A stretch of DNA of 64,000 bases from Gammaproteobacteria bacterium (GCA_031409375.1 JANNXD010000056.1:49014-113013); one strand, 5' to 3'; counted from the first letter of the stretch, positions 49,379 through 59,957 are shown. The notes: generated by a model not told the origin, from the sequence alone. Made by a program: numbers and translations.

Positions 49379-50179
49379 TTACAAAGTTAAAGCGGTTGAT
49401 TGAACTGACTTCACGCCGCGAATATTACCGGCTAACTCAATGGCCAGCGCTCTTTCTGCGCCACTGTCGACTTTACCGCTGAGCGATACCACGCCGCCAT
49501 GCGTGCTCACTTTGATGTCATTTGCATTCACATTGCGGGAATACATAAAAGTGGATTTAACTTTGGTGGTGATCCAGCTATCAGCAATATCAGTACCGGC
49601 AGATTGAAGAATGGCTTTATCTTTAATGGTTGTTTTATCAACCACTAAACGATTATCCACGGCGACCACGCCATGAGTATTCATCGCTAAGCGCCCTGCA
49701 ATATTTTTGGTGGCTGTGCTATCAGCGGTACCGGTTAACCTCACTTTTCCAGATTGCGTGTCGACATCCGTTGTTAATCCATCGGCGTATTTGCTCCAAA
49801 GTAATTTGGATTTAACCGCCGAGGTAATGGTGGCATCATCAATAACGTCGCCATATCCACGATCGTTTTTTGGCTTCATTGGTACCACATAATCCGCTTG
49901 TACTTGAATCTGATTGTCGACTTCTTTAATACCCGATACACCCAGCGCAATTTGTTTGGCTAAATCTTTATTCACGTCTTCTTCGACAACACCGCTTAAT
50001 GTGGCTTTGCCGTCTGATACTGATACTTTAATATCGTGTGCTCGCAGATATGGGCTGAGCGCGTAGGTGGTCCAGATTTGTGCTTCTTGTCTGGCATTCA
50101 CCACCTCTGAGGATTCGGCAAAAACAGGGCTGCTAACGACCGCAAGCGTTATGCTGGAAACCATCAATAATTTTTGCAT
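49379..50179 (-). CDS. Periplasmic BON-domain protein (OsmY-like, three BON repeats)
   Basis: Signal peptide MQKLLMVSSITLAVVSSPVFA from ATG 50179; repeated ...V.V..G.V.LSG.V BON cores. The track ORF extension to 50299 runs through a terminator hairpin. Confidence 0.82.
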   Translation of the reverse strand: MQKLLMVSSITLAVVSSPVFAESSEVVNARQEAQIWTTYALSPYLRAHDIKVSVSDGKATLSGVVEEDVNKDLAKQIALGVSGIKEVDNQIQVQADYVVPMKPKNDRGYGDVIDDATITSAVKSKLLWSKYADGLTTDVDTQSGKVRLTGTADSTATKNIAGRLAMNTHGVVAVDNRLVVDKTTIKDKAILQSAGTDIADSWITTKVKSTFMYSRNVNANDIKVSTHGGVVSLSGKVDSGAERALAIELAGNIRGVKSVQSTALTL

Positions 50180-50285
50180 TGGTTTTATTAATGGTTTTAT
50201 CAATTTTTTTTCAAAACTTGTTTTTTTAAACATGTGTATTGCTCCAAATAATGACAATATTTTATAAAGGTAAAATTCACATCGA

Positions 50286-50326
50286 TTTTTAAAACTCAAT
50301 CGGGCCGTGTAAACGGCTCGATTGAG
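50286..50326 (-). terminator. Intrinsic terminator after csbD
   Basis: 13-bp stem (50295-307 with 50314-326, one G.U pair), 6-nt loop, followed on the minus strand by TTTTAAAAA. Confidence 0.55.
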
Positions 50327-50371
50327 TAGAGCGATCTACATGAACGATTGCTAGAGCACGTTTTTTACGGA

Positions 50372-50581
50372 TTACTTGTGTTTGTTGATGAACTCGTTGA
50401 CCTGTTTTTCAGCGGCATCACGCGTCATTGCATAACGCTCCTGAACGAGACCGGTCAGCTTTTGTGCATGGCCTTCGGTTTCCAGCAGTTCATCATCGGT
50501 TAACTTTCCCCAAGCGATTTTGGCCGCCCCGACTTGCTGCTTCCATTTACCTTTCATTTCTTCAACAGAAGGTATGTTCAT
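50372..50581 (-). CDS. CsbD-family general stress protein
   Basis: 69 aa; GKWKQQVGAAKIAWGKLTDDELLETEGHAQKLTGLVQERY matches the CsbD pattern. Confidence 0.88.
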   Translation of the reverse strand: MNIPSVEEMKGKWKQQVGAAKIAWGKLTDDELLETEGHAQKLTGLVQERYAMTRDAAEKQVNEFINKHK

Positions 50582-50820
50582 GATGGTTTATTCTCCAGCG
50601 CGATAATGGGGCCTGAATATTTGAGTAATGGATCATGCGTTTTGTTTTTGGCATGAATGGGGGTTGATTGATTGCCGTCAACTTTTCGATTACGCACACT
50701 GTCCGAATCTACCGGTTTGTTGTGTTGAACAGCATCTGACTTGCGGTTATAAGATGCCTTACCGTTAGAGTTTTTATTGGGTGCGCCATGAGAATCATGG
50801 TTGTCTGTGGATTTGCTCAT
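50578..50820 (-). CDS. Hypothetical hydrophilic low-complexity protein, probably translationally coupled to csbD
   Basis: 80 aa, rich in Asn/Lys/Ser/Asp/His with no hydrophobic segment. Its stop region overlaps the csbD start by 4 nt. No family recognised. Confidence 0.4.
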   Translation of the reverse strand: MSKSTDNHDSHGAPNKNSNGKASYNRKSDAVQHNKPVDSDSVRNRKVDGNQSTPIHAKNKTHDPLLKYSGPIIALENKPS

Positions 50821-50945
50821 ATTGATCTCCAGTCAATCCAGCTGCCGTGAAATTACGACAAGCTGGAGAGCTGAGAATAGAGCGCTAAGCGTGTGGCATC
50901 GGTGCGCTGACACGCTTATAAGAAAATTAACTTATTTTGAAATAA

Positions 50946-53309
50946 TTATTGAGATAATTTCACGCGATTTAAACGCAAGGCATTGGTTATCACCGAAATC
51001 GAACTTAAACTCATCGCCAACGCTGCAATCATGGGCGATAGCAGCCAACCGGTGAATGGATACAATACCCCGGCCGCTAACGGCACACCTAAGGCGTTGT
51101 AAATAAAGGCTGCAAGGAGATTTTGTTTCATATTGAGTACCGTCGCATCCGACAATAATCTGGCTGTTGCAATACCGCGCAAATCACCTTTCACTAATGT
51201 GACTTGCGCACTATTCATGGCGACATCGGTGCCGGTACCCATGGCAATACCGATATTGGCTTTGGCCAGGGCAGGGGCATCATTAATGCCGTCACCTGCC
51301 ATGGCGACAAACCTTCCTTGTTGTTGAAACTTTTCGACCAAGGCCAGTTTATCTGCAGGCTTTACTTCGCCATGAATCTCATCAATACCTAGCTTGTCGG
51401 CTACGGATTTTGCGGTGGTATAACTGTCACCCGTTGCCATCACCACGCGAATGCCTGCTGCTTTTAGCCTCGCTACAGCATCGGCTGTGCTGGGTTTGAT
51501 CGGATCCGAAACCGCCAATAATCCTGCCAGTTTTTTATCGATCGCAAGGTACATGACGCTCGCCCCGGTGTTGCGTAATTGCTCGGCCTCAGCGTCTAAT
51601 GCCAATGGCGAAACACCCACTTTCTCCATTAATATTCGATTACCCAGCGCCAGTTGCTGTTGATCCACTGTGCCGGTAACGCCCATACCCGTTTCAGAAG
51701 AAAAGGCCGTGGTGGTTTTGAAAGTCATCTGGCGAGATCGCGCATGCGTAACAATCGCATCGGCCAACGGATGTTCACTGCCTTGATTTAAACTGGCGGC
51801 CAATAGCAGAACTTGATCATCGGTAAAACCAGGGGTGGCGATCACGCAATCAAACGTGGGTTTGCCGGCGGTCAGCGTGCCGGTTTTATCGACAATCAGT
51901 AGATCAATTTTGCGCAGGTGTTCAATGGCGGCGGCATCCCGAAATAAAATACCTTGTGAAGCGGCGCGACCAGTCGCCACCATAATCGACATGGGGGTAG
52001 CTAATCCCAATGCGCACGGACATGCAATGATTAACACCGCAACAGCATTAATAAAACCATATACCCAGCCGGATGCGCCGCCGACAAATCCCCACGTAAA
52101 AAAAGTCAGTATGGCCATGCTGATCACGCCTAAAACAAAATAACCCGCTACGACATCCGCCATGCGTTGCAGCGGTGCTCGCGAGCGTTGCGCTTGCGTC
52201 ACCATTTGTACAATTTGAGCCAATACGGTTTGCGAACCTACTTTTTCTGATTGCACCACCAAGGCGCCGTTGGTGTTTATGGTGGCACCAATCAATGGAT
52301 CGCCGATTTTTTTACTAACGGGTAAGGGTTCACCGGTTAACATGGATTCATCAACCGCGCTGCTGCCTTCTATGACCACGCCATCAACCGGAATTTTTTC
52401 GCCAGGGCGAACCCGCAAATGATCACCGATATGTACGTGCGTGATCGGCACATCTTCCTCGCTGCCGTCAGCATGAATGCGTTTAGCGGTTTTAGGTGCA
52501 AGACCTAACAAGGATTTAATGGCCGCTGAGGTTTGTGAGCGGGCTTTGAGTTCCAGTATTTGTCCTAACAAGGTGAGCGAAATAATTACGGCAGCGGCTT
52601 CAAAATAAACACTGACGCGTCCCATCGATTGAAACTGGATGGGAAACCATTGCGGGGCAACTGTGGCCACCACACTGTAGATAAACGCCGAACCTGTACC
52701 CATCGCAATTAATGTCCACATGTTCAGACTGTGCTTGATGACCGACTGTGCACCGCGAATAAAAAATGGTTGACCTGCCCACAACACAATGGGTAATGAT
52801 AAAAATAATTCGATCCACGATTGGGTATTGGCTGTCAATAAACCCAAACGATGTCCAAACATCGCGAGTGCCGCGACTGTCACCGTGAGTGGCAAGGTAT
52901 ACCAAAATCGCTGGCGAAAATCGTGCAATTCAGGATTGTCTGTTTCATCTAAAGAGGGTTGTACGGGCTCCAGTGCCATCCCACATTTTGGGCAAGCTCC
53001 AGGGCCGGTTTGCATGACTTCTGGATGCATCGGGCAGGTGTAGTCGTTGTTCTCGGTTACTAAGGTATCGGTTACTAAGGTATTGGTTGCCAATGGTGTG
53101 GTTAAAGTGTGCGGTTGAGGCTGCAAATAGTGCTCCGGATCAACGCGGAATTTTTTCAGGCATGTTGGATTGCAAAAATACCAATTTTTTTCTTGGTACT
53201 GCAGATGATGGGGAGAAGTAGCGGTAACGCGCATGCCGCAGACAGGATCGATGAGGTTCGAGCCAGCTGGTTGCGCAGATTTTTCAGCAGTTTGTGGTTG
53301 AGTAGACAT
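50946..53309 (-). CDS. copA: Cu(I)-translocating P1B-type ATPase
   Basis: 787 aa; CPC in TM4 ([13 protein letters not shown]), DKTGTLT, YN...P and M..SS transmembrane signatures, GDGINDAP. The N-terminus has DPVCGMRV (YHS/TRASH-like) and CPMHPE...CPKCGM motifs instead of GMxCxxC. Confidence 0.92.
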   Translation of the reverse strand: MSTQPQTAEKSAQPAGSNLIDPVCGMRVTATSPHHLQYQEKNWYFCNPTCLKKFRVDPEHYLQPQPHTLTTPLATNTLVTDTLVTENNDYTCPMHPEVMQTGPGACPKCGMALEPVQPSLDETDNPELHDFRQRFWYTLPLTVTVAALAMFGHRLGLLTANTQSWIELFLSLPIVLWAGQPFFIRGAQSVIKHSLNMWTLIAMGTGSAFIYSVVATVAPQWFPIQFQSMGRVSVYFEAAAVIISLTLLGQILELKARSQTSAAIKSLLGLAPKTAKRIHADGSEEDVPITHVHIGDHLRVRPGEKIPVDGVVIEGSSAVDESMLTGEPLPVSKKIGDPLIGATINTNGALVVQSEKVGSQTVLAQIVQMVTQAQRSRAPLQRMADVVAGYFVLGVISMAILTFFTWGFVGGASGWVYGFINAVAVLIIACPCALGLATPMSIMVATGRAASQGILFRDAAAIEHLRKIDLLIVDKTGTLTAGKPTFDCVIATPGFTDDQVLLLAASLNQGSEHPLADAIVTHARSRQMTFKTTTAFSSETGMGVTGTVDQQQLALGNRILMEKVGVSPLALDAEAEQLRNTGASVMYLAIDKKLAGLLAVSDPIKPSTADAVARLKAAGIRVVMATGDSYTTAKSVADKLGIDEIHGEVKPADKLALVEKFQQQGRFVAMAGDGINDAPALAKANIGIAMGTGTDVAMNSAQVTLVKGDLRGIATARLLSDATVLNMKQNLLAAFIYNALGVPLAAGVLYPFTGWLLSPMIAALAMSLSSISVITNALRLNRVKLSQ

Positions 53310-53538
53310 GAATTTCTCCGGTCATCCGAGTTAGCTTGCTTTGACCTTTTTACATTAGACCGCATATTAAGCGACGCTAATAGTTGCCATCGATAGAGGG
53401 GGGCAATAAAGAGGGTCATATTGCACAGAAGGGCATATTGCTTCAGTTATGCATTGGTTTCTAGCAATAAAGGTAACCCTAGATAAAATCGTTGGTTTTA
53501 CCTGCAGAGCAAATCCGAGTAAGATGCCTGATTTTTAG

Positions 53539-53931
53539 ATGGGGAGGCTGAGCTTGAGTAAAGAAGAGAAAGTGCCACAAAAGACCCATGTTTACCGTGT
53601 GTTTTTTGTCAGCCAAGGTCAGGTCTACGAAGTTTATGCACGGGAAATATATCAGTCCGACTTATATGGTTTTATTGAAGTGGAAGAATTTATTTTTAAT
53701 AATCGTTCACAGTTGGTGGTTGATCCGGGTGAAGAGCGCTTAAAAACTGAGTTCACCGGGGTGGCGCGCAGTTATCTACCCATTCATACCATTTTGCGTA
53801 TTGATGAAGTCGAGAAAGAAGGTGTGCCGAAAATTACCGATGCGGGCAAGCTCGGTAGTAATGTTGCGCATTTTCCACAAATGTCTAGCTTTGGTAGTGC
53901 CAGTGGTGGTGATCGCTCTAAATCTTCTTGA
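53539..53931 (+). CDS. DUF1820-family protein (start may be TTG 53554)
   Basis: YRVFFVSQGQVYEVYAREIYQSDLYGFIEVEEFIF...LPIHTILRIDEVEKEG matches my memory of DUF1820. GGAGG lies 6 nt before TTG 53554. Confidence 0.7.
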   Translation: MGRLSLSKEEKVPQKTHVYRVFFVSQGQVYEVYAREIYQSDLYGFIEVEEFIFNNRSQLVVDPGEERLKTEFTGVARSYLPIHTILRIDEVEKEGVPKITDAGKLGSNVAHFPQMSSFGSASGGDRSKSS

Positions 53932-53998
53932 AGGTGCTCACCCTCTTGTTGAGGGCGCTCATTTGTCTGGCTGGCCATTTGTCTGGCTGGATAGCCGC

Positions 53999-55072
53999 TC
54001 ATGGGTTTATGCCTTCCAATAAAATGCTGGGAGCATCAATAGAGGTTAGCGTCAGAATCAGTTGTCGTAGTACTAGCTCGACTGGCATTGGGTTTTGGCC
54101 CTTGACGGCCAGATCAAGCTGATGACACAGATGTTGTGCAGTGACCACCTGCTTGCCAGATAACTTTTGCGCGTGTTCAATGAGTGGTCTTTGTCGTTGC
54201 TTCCAGATTTTGTGTTGATCAAAAACTTGTTGTGTGGATGCGTTGCTTTGACGCGCTGCTTTTAATGCGGCTATTACGCGCACCTCTTTCGCGATGGCCC
54301 ATAGAATGAGAATCGGTTCTTCGCCGCAGGCCAATAGTGATTGCATGATGACGAGGGATTTTGTGGTATCGCTTTGCAGTAGATAGTCAACTAAATCAAA
54401 AATGGAGTAGTGAGCGCTTTTGCTAATGGTGGCTTCAAGTTGTTGCCGATTAATGCTGACTTGTTGACCTTTTTCGCCGTATCGTAATGCCAGTTTTTCA
54501 ATGGCCTGCGCCGCCGACAATAAATTGCCTTCGACCAGTTCGGCGAGTTGTTCGCCAAGATCAGTGTTTGCTGCCAGTCCAGCTTGTTGTAAGCGATGTT
54601 GAATCCATCGGGGTAGTTGTGCGCGCTCTATTGGCCAAATGGTTAAATGCGTACCGATGTTTAACATGGCGGTGTACCAGTGGCTGCGAGCAACATTGGC
54701 ATCAAGCTTTGGTGTAAAAATAGCGACGATGAGGTCGGGGGTGCCATTGCTAGCGCTTACGCTTAATTGCAAGCTGAGCTTTTCTAAGCAGGCTTGCGCA
54801 TCCTTAGGGAAAGTGCCTTTATCCCAAAGTAATTCGACATAACGCAAGCTACTAAATAAAGACTGGTTGCCTGTTTCGTGTGGTAACTGTGACCACTTAA
54901 AGTCGGTATCAGCTTGTAAGCGCACGCGTTCAGAGTAGCCTTGGGCGGTCAGCGTTTGTTGCAGCAGTTGCCGTGCTTCTTGCTGTAATAAAATCTCGTC
55001 ACTGCTGATCAAGTAAAACGGCCTTAAACCCTGGCGTAGATGTGGGGCCCAGCCCTCTAAGTTTATTTTCAT
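53999..55072 (-). CDS. holA: DNA polymerase III delta subunit
   Basis: 357 aa; PFYLISSDEILL N-terminus; lptE-holA synteny with a 4-nt overlap. Confidence 0.85.
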   Translation of the reverse strand: MKINLEGWAPHLRQGLRPFYLISSDEILLQQEARQLLQQTLTAQGYSERVRLQADTDFKWSQLPHETGNQSLFSSLRYVELLWDKGTFPKDAQACLEKLSLQLSVSASNGTPDLIVAIFTPKLDANVARSHWYTAMLNIGTHLTIWPIERAQLPRWIQHRLQQAGLAANTDLGEQLAELVEGNLLSAAQAIEKLALRYGEKGQQVSINRQQLEATISKSAHYSIFDLVDYLLQSDTTKSLVIMQSLLACGEEPILILWAIAKEVRVIAALKAARQSNASTQQVFDQHKIWKQRQRPLIEHAQKLSGKQVVTAQHLCHQLDLAVKGQNPMPVELVLRQLILTLTSIDAPSILLEGINP

Positions 55073-55656
55073 TGTTCGGGTTTCAATTGGGTTGAGCGGG
55101 TGCTGATGTTTGAATCGGGTTTGCTAAGACTTGTATCGGGTTTATTAAGATGCGAATTGGGCTGGCTTAGGTGTTGTTGTAAGCGTAACAGCAATTGTTG
55201 TATCAGTTGTTGGCGCAACTCCTGTTGGATTAAGCGCTCTTCTTGCGTTTTGCCGCTGAGGTTGTTGGCGTTGAAATTGTAGGTGCGCTGCTGGCTGAGC
55301 TGGGTCAGTGTTAATTTTTCCTCAGCATTAGGGCTGTGGAAGGAAAAGCTTAATTTTTCAGTAACCGTGTATTGTGCAGCACGGCCACTGGCATCATAAC
55401 TGGCGATTTTTTTCTCAGAGCTTGCGTTGTTGAGGGTGAGTTGACGTTCTGCTGCGTCGTCAACACGAATGGCCTGTTGTTTTAACGCCGGTAATAATAG
55501 CCGTAGCCAAAACACCTGACCAGTTTGATCCACCACAGCAAAATGTTTCGATGCTGTTGGCCATTCACCCAAGCCCTGTCCACGTAGATGGAAGCCGCAG
55601 CTTGTGAGTAGGCAAATTAAAACAGTAGTAAGCATGGCCCGGGGCAAAAGCGTCAT
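55069..55656 (-). CDS. lptE: LPS-assembly lipoprotein LptE
   Basis: Lipobox LLTSCGFHLRG characteristic of LptE/RlpB; Gln-rich C-terminus; directly upstream of holA. Confidence 0.85.
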   Translation of the reverse strand: MTLLPRAMLTTVLICLLTSCGFHLRGQGLGEWPTASKHFAVVDQTGQVFWLRLLLPALKQQAIRVDDAAERQLTLNNASSEKKIASYDASGRAAQYTVTEKLSFSFHSPNAEEKLTLTQLSQQRTYNFNANNLSGKTQEERLIQQELRQQLIQQLLLRLQQHLSQPNSHLNKPDTSLSKPDSNISTRSTQLKPEQ

Positions 55657-55771
55657 CAGTAGCAGCCTTTATAAACATTTTGCAGGGCAGTCTATCAAAG
55701 CCGCAGAGTAATTGCCCCTTGCATGAGAGAATCTCTACGGCATGACGGCATGATGGGTTTTGAGCCTTACG

Positions 55772-56335
55772 TTAGAGGTCAAACGGAAATATACCATCGT
55801 CTCCACTAGGGCTGCGAGAAGTAGCAATGCTGAGCTCTGAATCAGAATTGTTATTTTCTGGTTGGTTGAGTTCTTGTTGTGCTTGTAAACCAGCGGGTAG
55901 GCGAAATTGAACAATTTCACTAGAGCTGCTAGAAGTAGCAATACTGAGCTCTGAGTCTGAATCAGAGTTGTTATTTTCTGGAGGGTTATGGAGTTGTCCT
56001 CTTTGACCATTGGTGATTGCAAGGTACATATGCCAAGCTCTTGCATTACAGAAATTTCTGTGTTCACGTTGTTGGAGAGCGTCACCTTCAATGGCTTGAG
56101 GTTGACGATTGATGGGGATGGGTAGACTTGCAGTTGGTCTATCTGATGTTGTGTTTTGAGGATTTCGCAGTAGGTTTTGGGTTGGCAAAGCGTGGTGGGT
56201 ATATCTGGGGGAGGCGGCGGCTGTAGGTGTAATATTTTCAAGGGGTGTATCATTTCTGTGCACGGATGTTACCAGATTGGTATGATTGGGCCTTAGCCAC
56301 GAAAACAAAAAGCCGCAAGGGTTGAAGTTGGTCAT
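55772..56335 (-). CDS. Orphan Ser/Asn/Pro/Gln-rich repeat protein, no family recognised
   Basis: 187 aa; AAGGA SD 8 nt before ATG 56335; internal repeat PENNNSDS(DS)ELSIATS twice; no signal peptide. An overlapping same-strand ORF (55735..56253) exists in another frame. Confidence 0.45.
   Translation of the reverse strand: MTNFNPCGFLFSWLRPNHTNLVTSVHRNDTPLENITPTAAASPRYTHHALPTQNLLRNPQNTTSDRPTASLPIPINRQPQAIEGDALQQREHRNFCNARAWHMYLAITNGQRGQLHNPPENNNSDSDSELSIATSSSSSEIVQFRLPAGLQAQQELNQPENNNSDSELSIATSRSPSGDDGIFPFDL
55811..55981. repeat. Direct repeat inside the orphan gene (51-nt and 57-nt copies, 114-nt period)
   Basis: 55811..55861 and 55925..55981 align as GCTGC(G/T)AGAAGTAGCAAT(G/A)CTGAGCTCTGA[GTCTGA]ATCAGA(A/G)TTGTTATTTTCTGG, with a 6-nt indel in copy 2. 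Confidence 0.8.
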
Positions 56336-56595
56336 AAATAATATCCTTTAATGAAGTGGGTTTGTTGGGCAGCTCTGTAATGGGTAAATTGGTAATAGGC
56401 CAGTTGGCAATAAGAAAGCTGGCTAATCTACCCGTGTGTTGTTTAAGAAATCAGTGGGTTGTTTACCAGAATATCTGCGTCAGGATAAACGTAATGAAGT
56501 CTATCATTTATAATAAAAAGTTTTGTGATGCTGTTGAAATTTATGTGAACCACTACTGAAATGATTTGCTTGCGCCGCGTTGCGGTGCAAATGAC

Positions 56596-56625
56596 TTGCT
56601 TTGCGGAGCACGTCTCGGCTAGAAT
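56596..56625 (+). promoter_or_regulatory. Putative sigma-70 promoter of rplU-rpmA
   Basis: TTGCTT (56596-601), 18-nt spacer, TAGAAT (56620-25), about 50 nt upstream of the rplU ATG. Confidence 0.4.
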
Positions 56626-56674
56626 CGCCCGTTTGATGAAAGACTCCCAGTAAGTCATACCCTACAAGAAAGGA

Positions 56675-57007
56675 TTGAGGATCATGTCCGCAAAATATGC
56701 CGTCATTGCGACGGGTGGTAAGCAATTGAAAGTCTCCGAAGGCCAGTACTTGCAAGTAGAGCTGCTGAAGGGTAATCCAGGTGATACGATCGAATTCGAT
56801 AAAGTATTATTAATCGGTGATGAGACTAACCAATGCTTGATTGGCTTGCCCTATGTTAATAACGCTAAAGTCAGCGCTGAAATCCTTAGCCATGGTCGCG
56901 ATAAAAAAGTTCGTATTATCAAGATGCGTCGTCGTAAGCATTATCGTCGCACTCAAGGTCATCGTCAGCATTATACCGAAATCAAAATTCATTCGATTGC
57001 CGTCTAG
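56675..57007 (+). CDS. rplU: 50S ribosomal protein L21
   Basis: [21 protein letters not shown] start; 110 aa. Confidence 0.95.
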   Translation: MRIMSAKYAVIATGGKQLKVSEGQYLQVELLKGNPGDTIEFDKVLLIGDETNQCLIGLPYVNNAKVSAEILSHGRDKKVRIIKMRRRKHYRRTQGHRQHYTEIKIHSIAV

Positions 57008-57041
57008 AAAATTCCGCATTTATTTATAGGATTAATTTGTT

Positions 57042-57299
57042 ATGGCACATAAGAAAGCTGGTGGTAGTACTCGTAATGGTCGTGATTCCCATTCCAAACG
57101 TTTGGGGATTAAGCGATATGGTGATCAAGTGGTGTTGGCCGGCAATATTTTGGTGCGCCAGCGCGGTACAGAATTTCATCCAGGTTCTAACGTGGGCATG
57201 GGTACAGACCATACTTTGTTTGCCAAAATTACCGGTCGTGTAAAGTTTGAAGTGAAAGGTGAGAAAAAGCGTCGGACCGTCAGTATTGTTGCCGTTTGA
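57042..57299 (+). CDS. rpmA: 50S ribosomal protein L27
   Basis: [16 protein letters not shown] start; 85 aa. Confidence 0.96.
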   Translation: MAHKKAGGSTRNGRDSHSKRLGIKRYGDQVVLAGNILVRQRGTEFHPGSNVGMGTDHTLFAKITGRVKFEVKGEKKRRTVSIVAV

Positions 57300-57323
57300 C
57301 ACGAGCACAAGCTGCTGACTTCA

Positions 57324-57347
57324 AACCCCGCTTAGGCGGGGTTTTTT
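57324..57347 (+). terminator. Intrinsic terminator after rpmA
   Basis: AACCCCGC / GCGGGGTT 8-bp stem, TTAG loop, then TTTT. Confidence 0.8.
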
Positions 57348-57559
57348 GCATTTATACGCTGATGTTACATATGGCATTTTCATTAAAATGCGCTCGCTCT
57401 TGTCTGGCAAGTGTTTATTACACACGAGTATTCCCCTTGTCAGGGGGCGTATTTTCTCGATTGAGCAGTGACTTTTTTGTTGGGTAATTTTTTTCCGAGT
57501 AATATGGGTGCTGGGTAATATCGGTTATCGAGTTAAATTTTGAGCGTGAGTTTTAGATT

Positions 57560-58834
57560 ATGAAATTTGTCGATGAAGCCATCATTCATGTTGCCGCCGG
57601 CAATGGCGGCCGTGGTTGCTTGAGCTTTCGGCGCGAAAAGTTTATTGAATATGGAGGCCCTAACGGTGGTAACGGCGGTGATGGTGGCTGTGTCTATCTA
57701 CGTGCTGATGCGCATCTGAATACGCTGGTCGATTTCCGTTATCAACATCATCATCGTGCAGCCAACGGTCGGCCTGGTGAAGGTAGTTTGTGCACTGGCT
57801 CGAAAGGTGATGACTTGTTTTTGGCGGTGCCGGTGGGCACTACCGTTTTTGATGCGGATACGGATGAGCTGCTGGGCGATTTGTCTGCCCCTGATCAGCA
57901 GTTACTGGTAGCGCGCGGTGGTATTCGTGGTTTTGGCAATGCCCACTTTAAAACCAGCACCAATCGAGCGCCGCGCAAAGTCACGTTGGGTACGGAAGGT
58001 GATCAAAGGCGATTGCGTTTTGAATTACAGGTGTTGGCGGATGTGGGGTTGTTGGGATTTCCGAATGTGGGTAAATCTACCTTGTTGCGAGCAGTTTCCA
58101 ATGCCAAGCCGAAAGTTGCGGATTATCCGTTTACCACCTTGGTTCCCAATATTGGTGTAATTATGGTTGATCCGCTGCGCAGTTTTGTGATGGCGGATAT
58201 TCCGGGTCTGATCGAAGGTGCTGCCGATGGCGCCGGTCTTGGTGGGCGTTTTCTCAAGCATCTTTCTCGCACGCGCTTAATTTTGCATATGGTGGACATC
58301 AGTGCTGGTGTGGACCAAGCGGTGAAGGCTTATCATTTGTTAGAAAAAGAATTGCAGATATGTAGCCAGGCTTTGTATGCGCAGCCGCGTTGGGTGTTAT
58401 TGAATAAATGTGATGTGTTGTTGCCTGAGCAAGTGGCTGAATTTGCCGCGCAGTGGCGCGAAGATGCTGAATTTTTAGGTCCGATGTTTGCAATCTCTGG
58501 CGCCACTCGCACTGGCTTGCAGCCCCTGTTGCAAGCGATTATGCAGGAAGTAGAGGCGCACGCTGCGCATGTTTTAGAGGATGAAAGTTTTGCCGATCAA
58601 TCACGGCATAAGCAAGCGCAAGTGGCGGCCGAAGTACGGAAAAACACACAAAAATCGGGTGGTGTAAATCGTGACGGCAAGCTGCAAGATAGGGTGGAGT
58701 CTGCAGAGGATGAATCGTTGGGTGTCGAATTTGAGGCAGGTGTTATTGAAGCTGAGTTGGATGATATTGAAGATAACGAAGCATTTGATGATGAAGATGA
58801 TGATGGCGTCGAGGTAATTTATACCCGTGAGTGA
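57560..58834 (+). CDS. obg: GTPase Obg/CgtA
   Basis: [20 protein letters not shown] Gly-rich Obg fold, G1 [10 protein letters not shown]3 [10 protein letters not shown]4 NKCD; acidic C-terminal extension. Confidence 0.95.
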   Translation: MKFVDEAIIHVAAGNGGRGCLSFRREKFIEYGGPNGGNGGDGGCVYLRADAHLNTLVDFRYQHHHRAANGRPGEGSLCTGSKGDDLFLAVPVGTTVFDADTDELLGDLSAPDQQLLVARGGIRGFGNAHFKTSTNRAPRKVTLGTEGDQRRLRFELQVLADVGLLGFPNVGKSTLLRAVSNAKPKVADYPFTTLVPNIGVIMVDPLRSFVMADIPGLIEGAADGAGLGGRFLKHLSRTRLILHMVDISAGVDQAVKAYHLLEKELQICSQALYAQPRWVLLNKCDVLLPEQVAEFAAQWREDAEFLGPMFAISGATRTGLQPLLQAIMQEVEAHAAHVLEDESFADQSRHKQAQVAAEVRKNTQKSGGVNRDGKLQDRVESAEDESLGVEFEAGVIEAELDDIEDNEAFDDEDDDGVEVIYTRE

Positions 58835-59957
58835 TCGTCGACAGCAGATTGCTGCTTCACAACGTTGGGTCGTAAAAATCGGTAGCGCGCTATTAACGCG
58901 TGGCGGTAAAGGTATTGAGCATGCGGTTTTGGCTGACTGGGTGCAGCAGGTGGCAGTGCTGATGCGGGCGGGTAAGCAAGTGGTGTTGGTGTCTTCCGGC
59001 GCGGTCGCTGAGGGCAGGGTGCGATTGGGTTTGACTGAGCGACCAAAAGCATTAGAGGAATTACAGGCCTGTGCGGCGGTTGGTCAAATGGGTTTGGTGC
59101 AGGCATACGAATCCGCATTTAAAAGTTATGGTTTGCATACCGCGCAGATTTTACTCACGCATGAAGATTTGGCAGATCGCAAACGTTACCTGAATGCCCG
59201 TAATACGTTGCTGACCTTGCTGCGTATGGGTGTGGTGCCGGTGATTAATGAAAATGATACGGTTGCTACCGATGAAATACGTTTTGGCGATAACGATACA
59301 TTGGCTGCTTTGGTTGCTAATTTAGTGGAAGCTAATTTGTTGGTAATTCTCACGGATCAACAAGGTTTGTATTCCGCTAACCCTAGTCAAGATCCACAAG
59401 CGCACTTGATTGCCGAGGTTGCCGCAGAAGCGCCGCATCTTGATGCCATGGTTTCCTCAGAAAGCACTTCCGGTTTGGGTTCGGGCGGGATGCAAACCAA
59501 ATTACGCGCTGCCCGTTTGGCGGCGCGCTCTGGTGCTTGGACGTGGATCGCTTCAGGTCATCAATCACAGGTCCTTGATAAAATAGCCCTTGCTGATCCA
59601 CTGGGCAGTTTGTTATACACCGAACAAGCCCCATTGGCTGCCCGTAAACAATGGTTGGCGGGGCACCTGCAAATGAAAGGTGAATTAATTGTGGATGCTG
59701 GCGCTGCAAGTGCGTTGCGTTGTGATCATGTGAGCTTATTGCCGGTAGGTGTAATCACCTGTCGCGGTGATTTTCATCGGGGAGATATGGTGGTGTGTTT
59801 AAATGAAGCCGGGCAGAAAATCGCTTGCGGTTTGGTGAATTACGCTGCTCATGAAGTGCAAAAAATTCTTCGCCAGCCTTCTTCTGCTATCGAAGCCCGC
59901 TTGGGTTATAGCGATCGTCCTGAGTTGATTCATTACGATAATTTAGTGGTGTTTTAA
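58827..59957 (+). CDS. proB: Glutamate 5-kinase
   Basis: 376 aa; [31 protein letters not shown] and a C-terminal PUA domain; GTG start overlapping the obg end. Confidence 0.93.
   Translation: MSDRRQQIAASQRWVVKIGSALLTRGGKGIEHAVLADWVQQVAVLMRAGKQVVLVSSGAVAEGRVRLGLTERPKALEELQACAAVGQMGLVQAYESAFKSYGLHTAQILLTHEDLADRKRYLNARNTLLTLLRMGVVPVINENDTVATDEIRFGDNDTLAALVANLVEANLLVILTDQQGLYSANPSQDPQAHLIAEVAAEAPHLDAMVSSESTSGLGSGGMQTKLRAARLAARSGAWTWIASGHQSQVLDKIALADPLGSLLYTEQAPLAARKQWLAGHLQMKGELIVDAGAASALRCDHVSLLPVGVITCRGDFHRGDMVVCLNEAGQKIACGLVNYAAHEVQKILRQPSSAIEARLGYSDRPELIHYDNLVVF

Noticed and set aside
55735-56253. 172-aa minus-strand ORF overlapping the orphan repeat gene
   Set aside because: It has no SD-like sequence that I could find and a Pro/Leu-rich product. 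The 187-aa frame has a good SD. The frame choice remains uncertain and is flagged in the finding.
57296-57487. 63-aa plus-strand ORF after rpmA
   Set aside because: It starts inside the rpmA stop region and reads straight through the rpmA terminator hairpin, so it is implausible as a gene.
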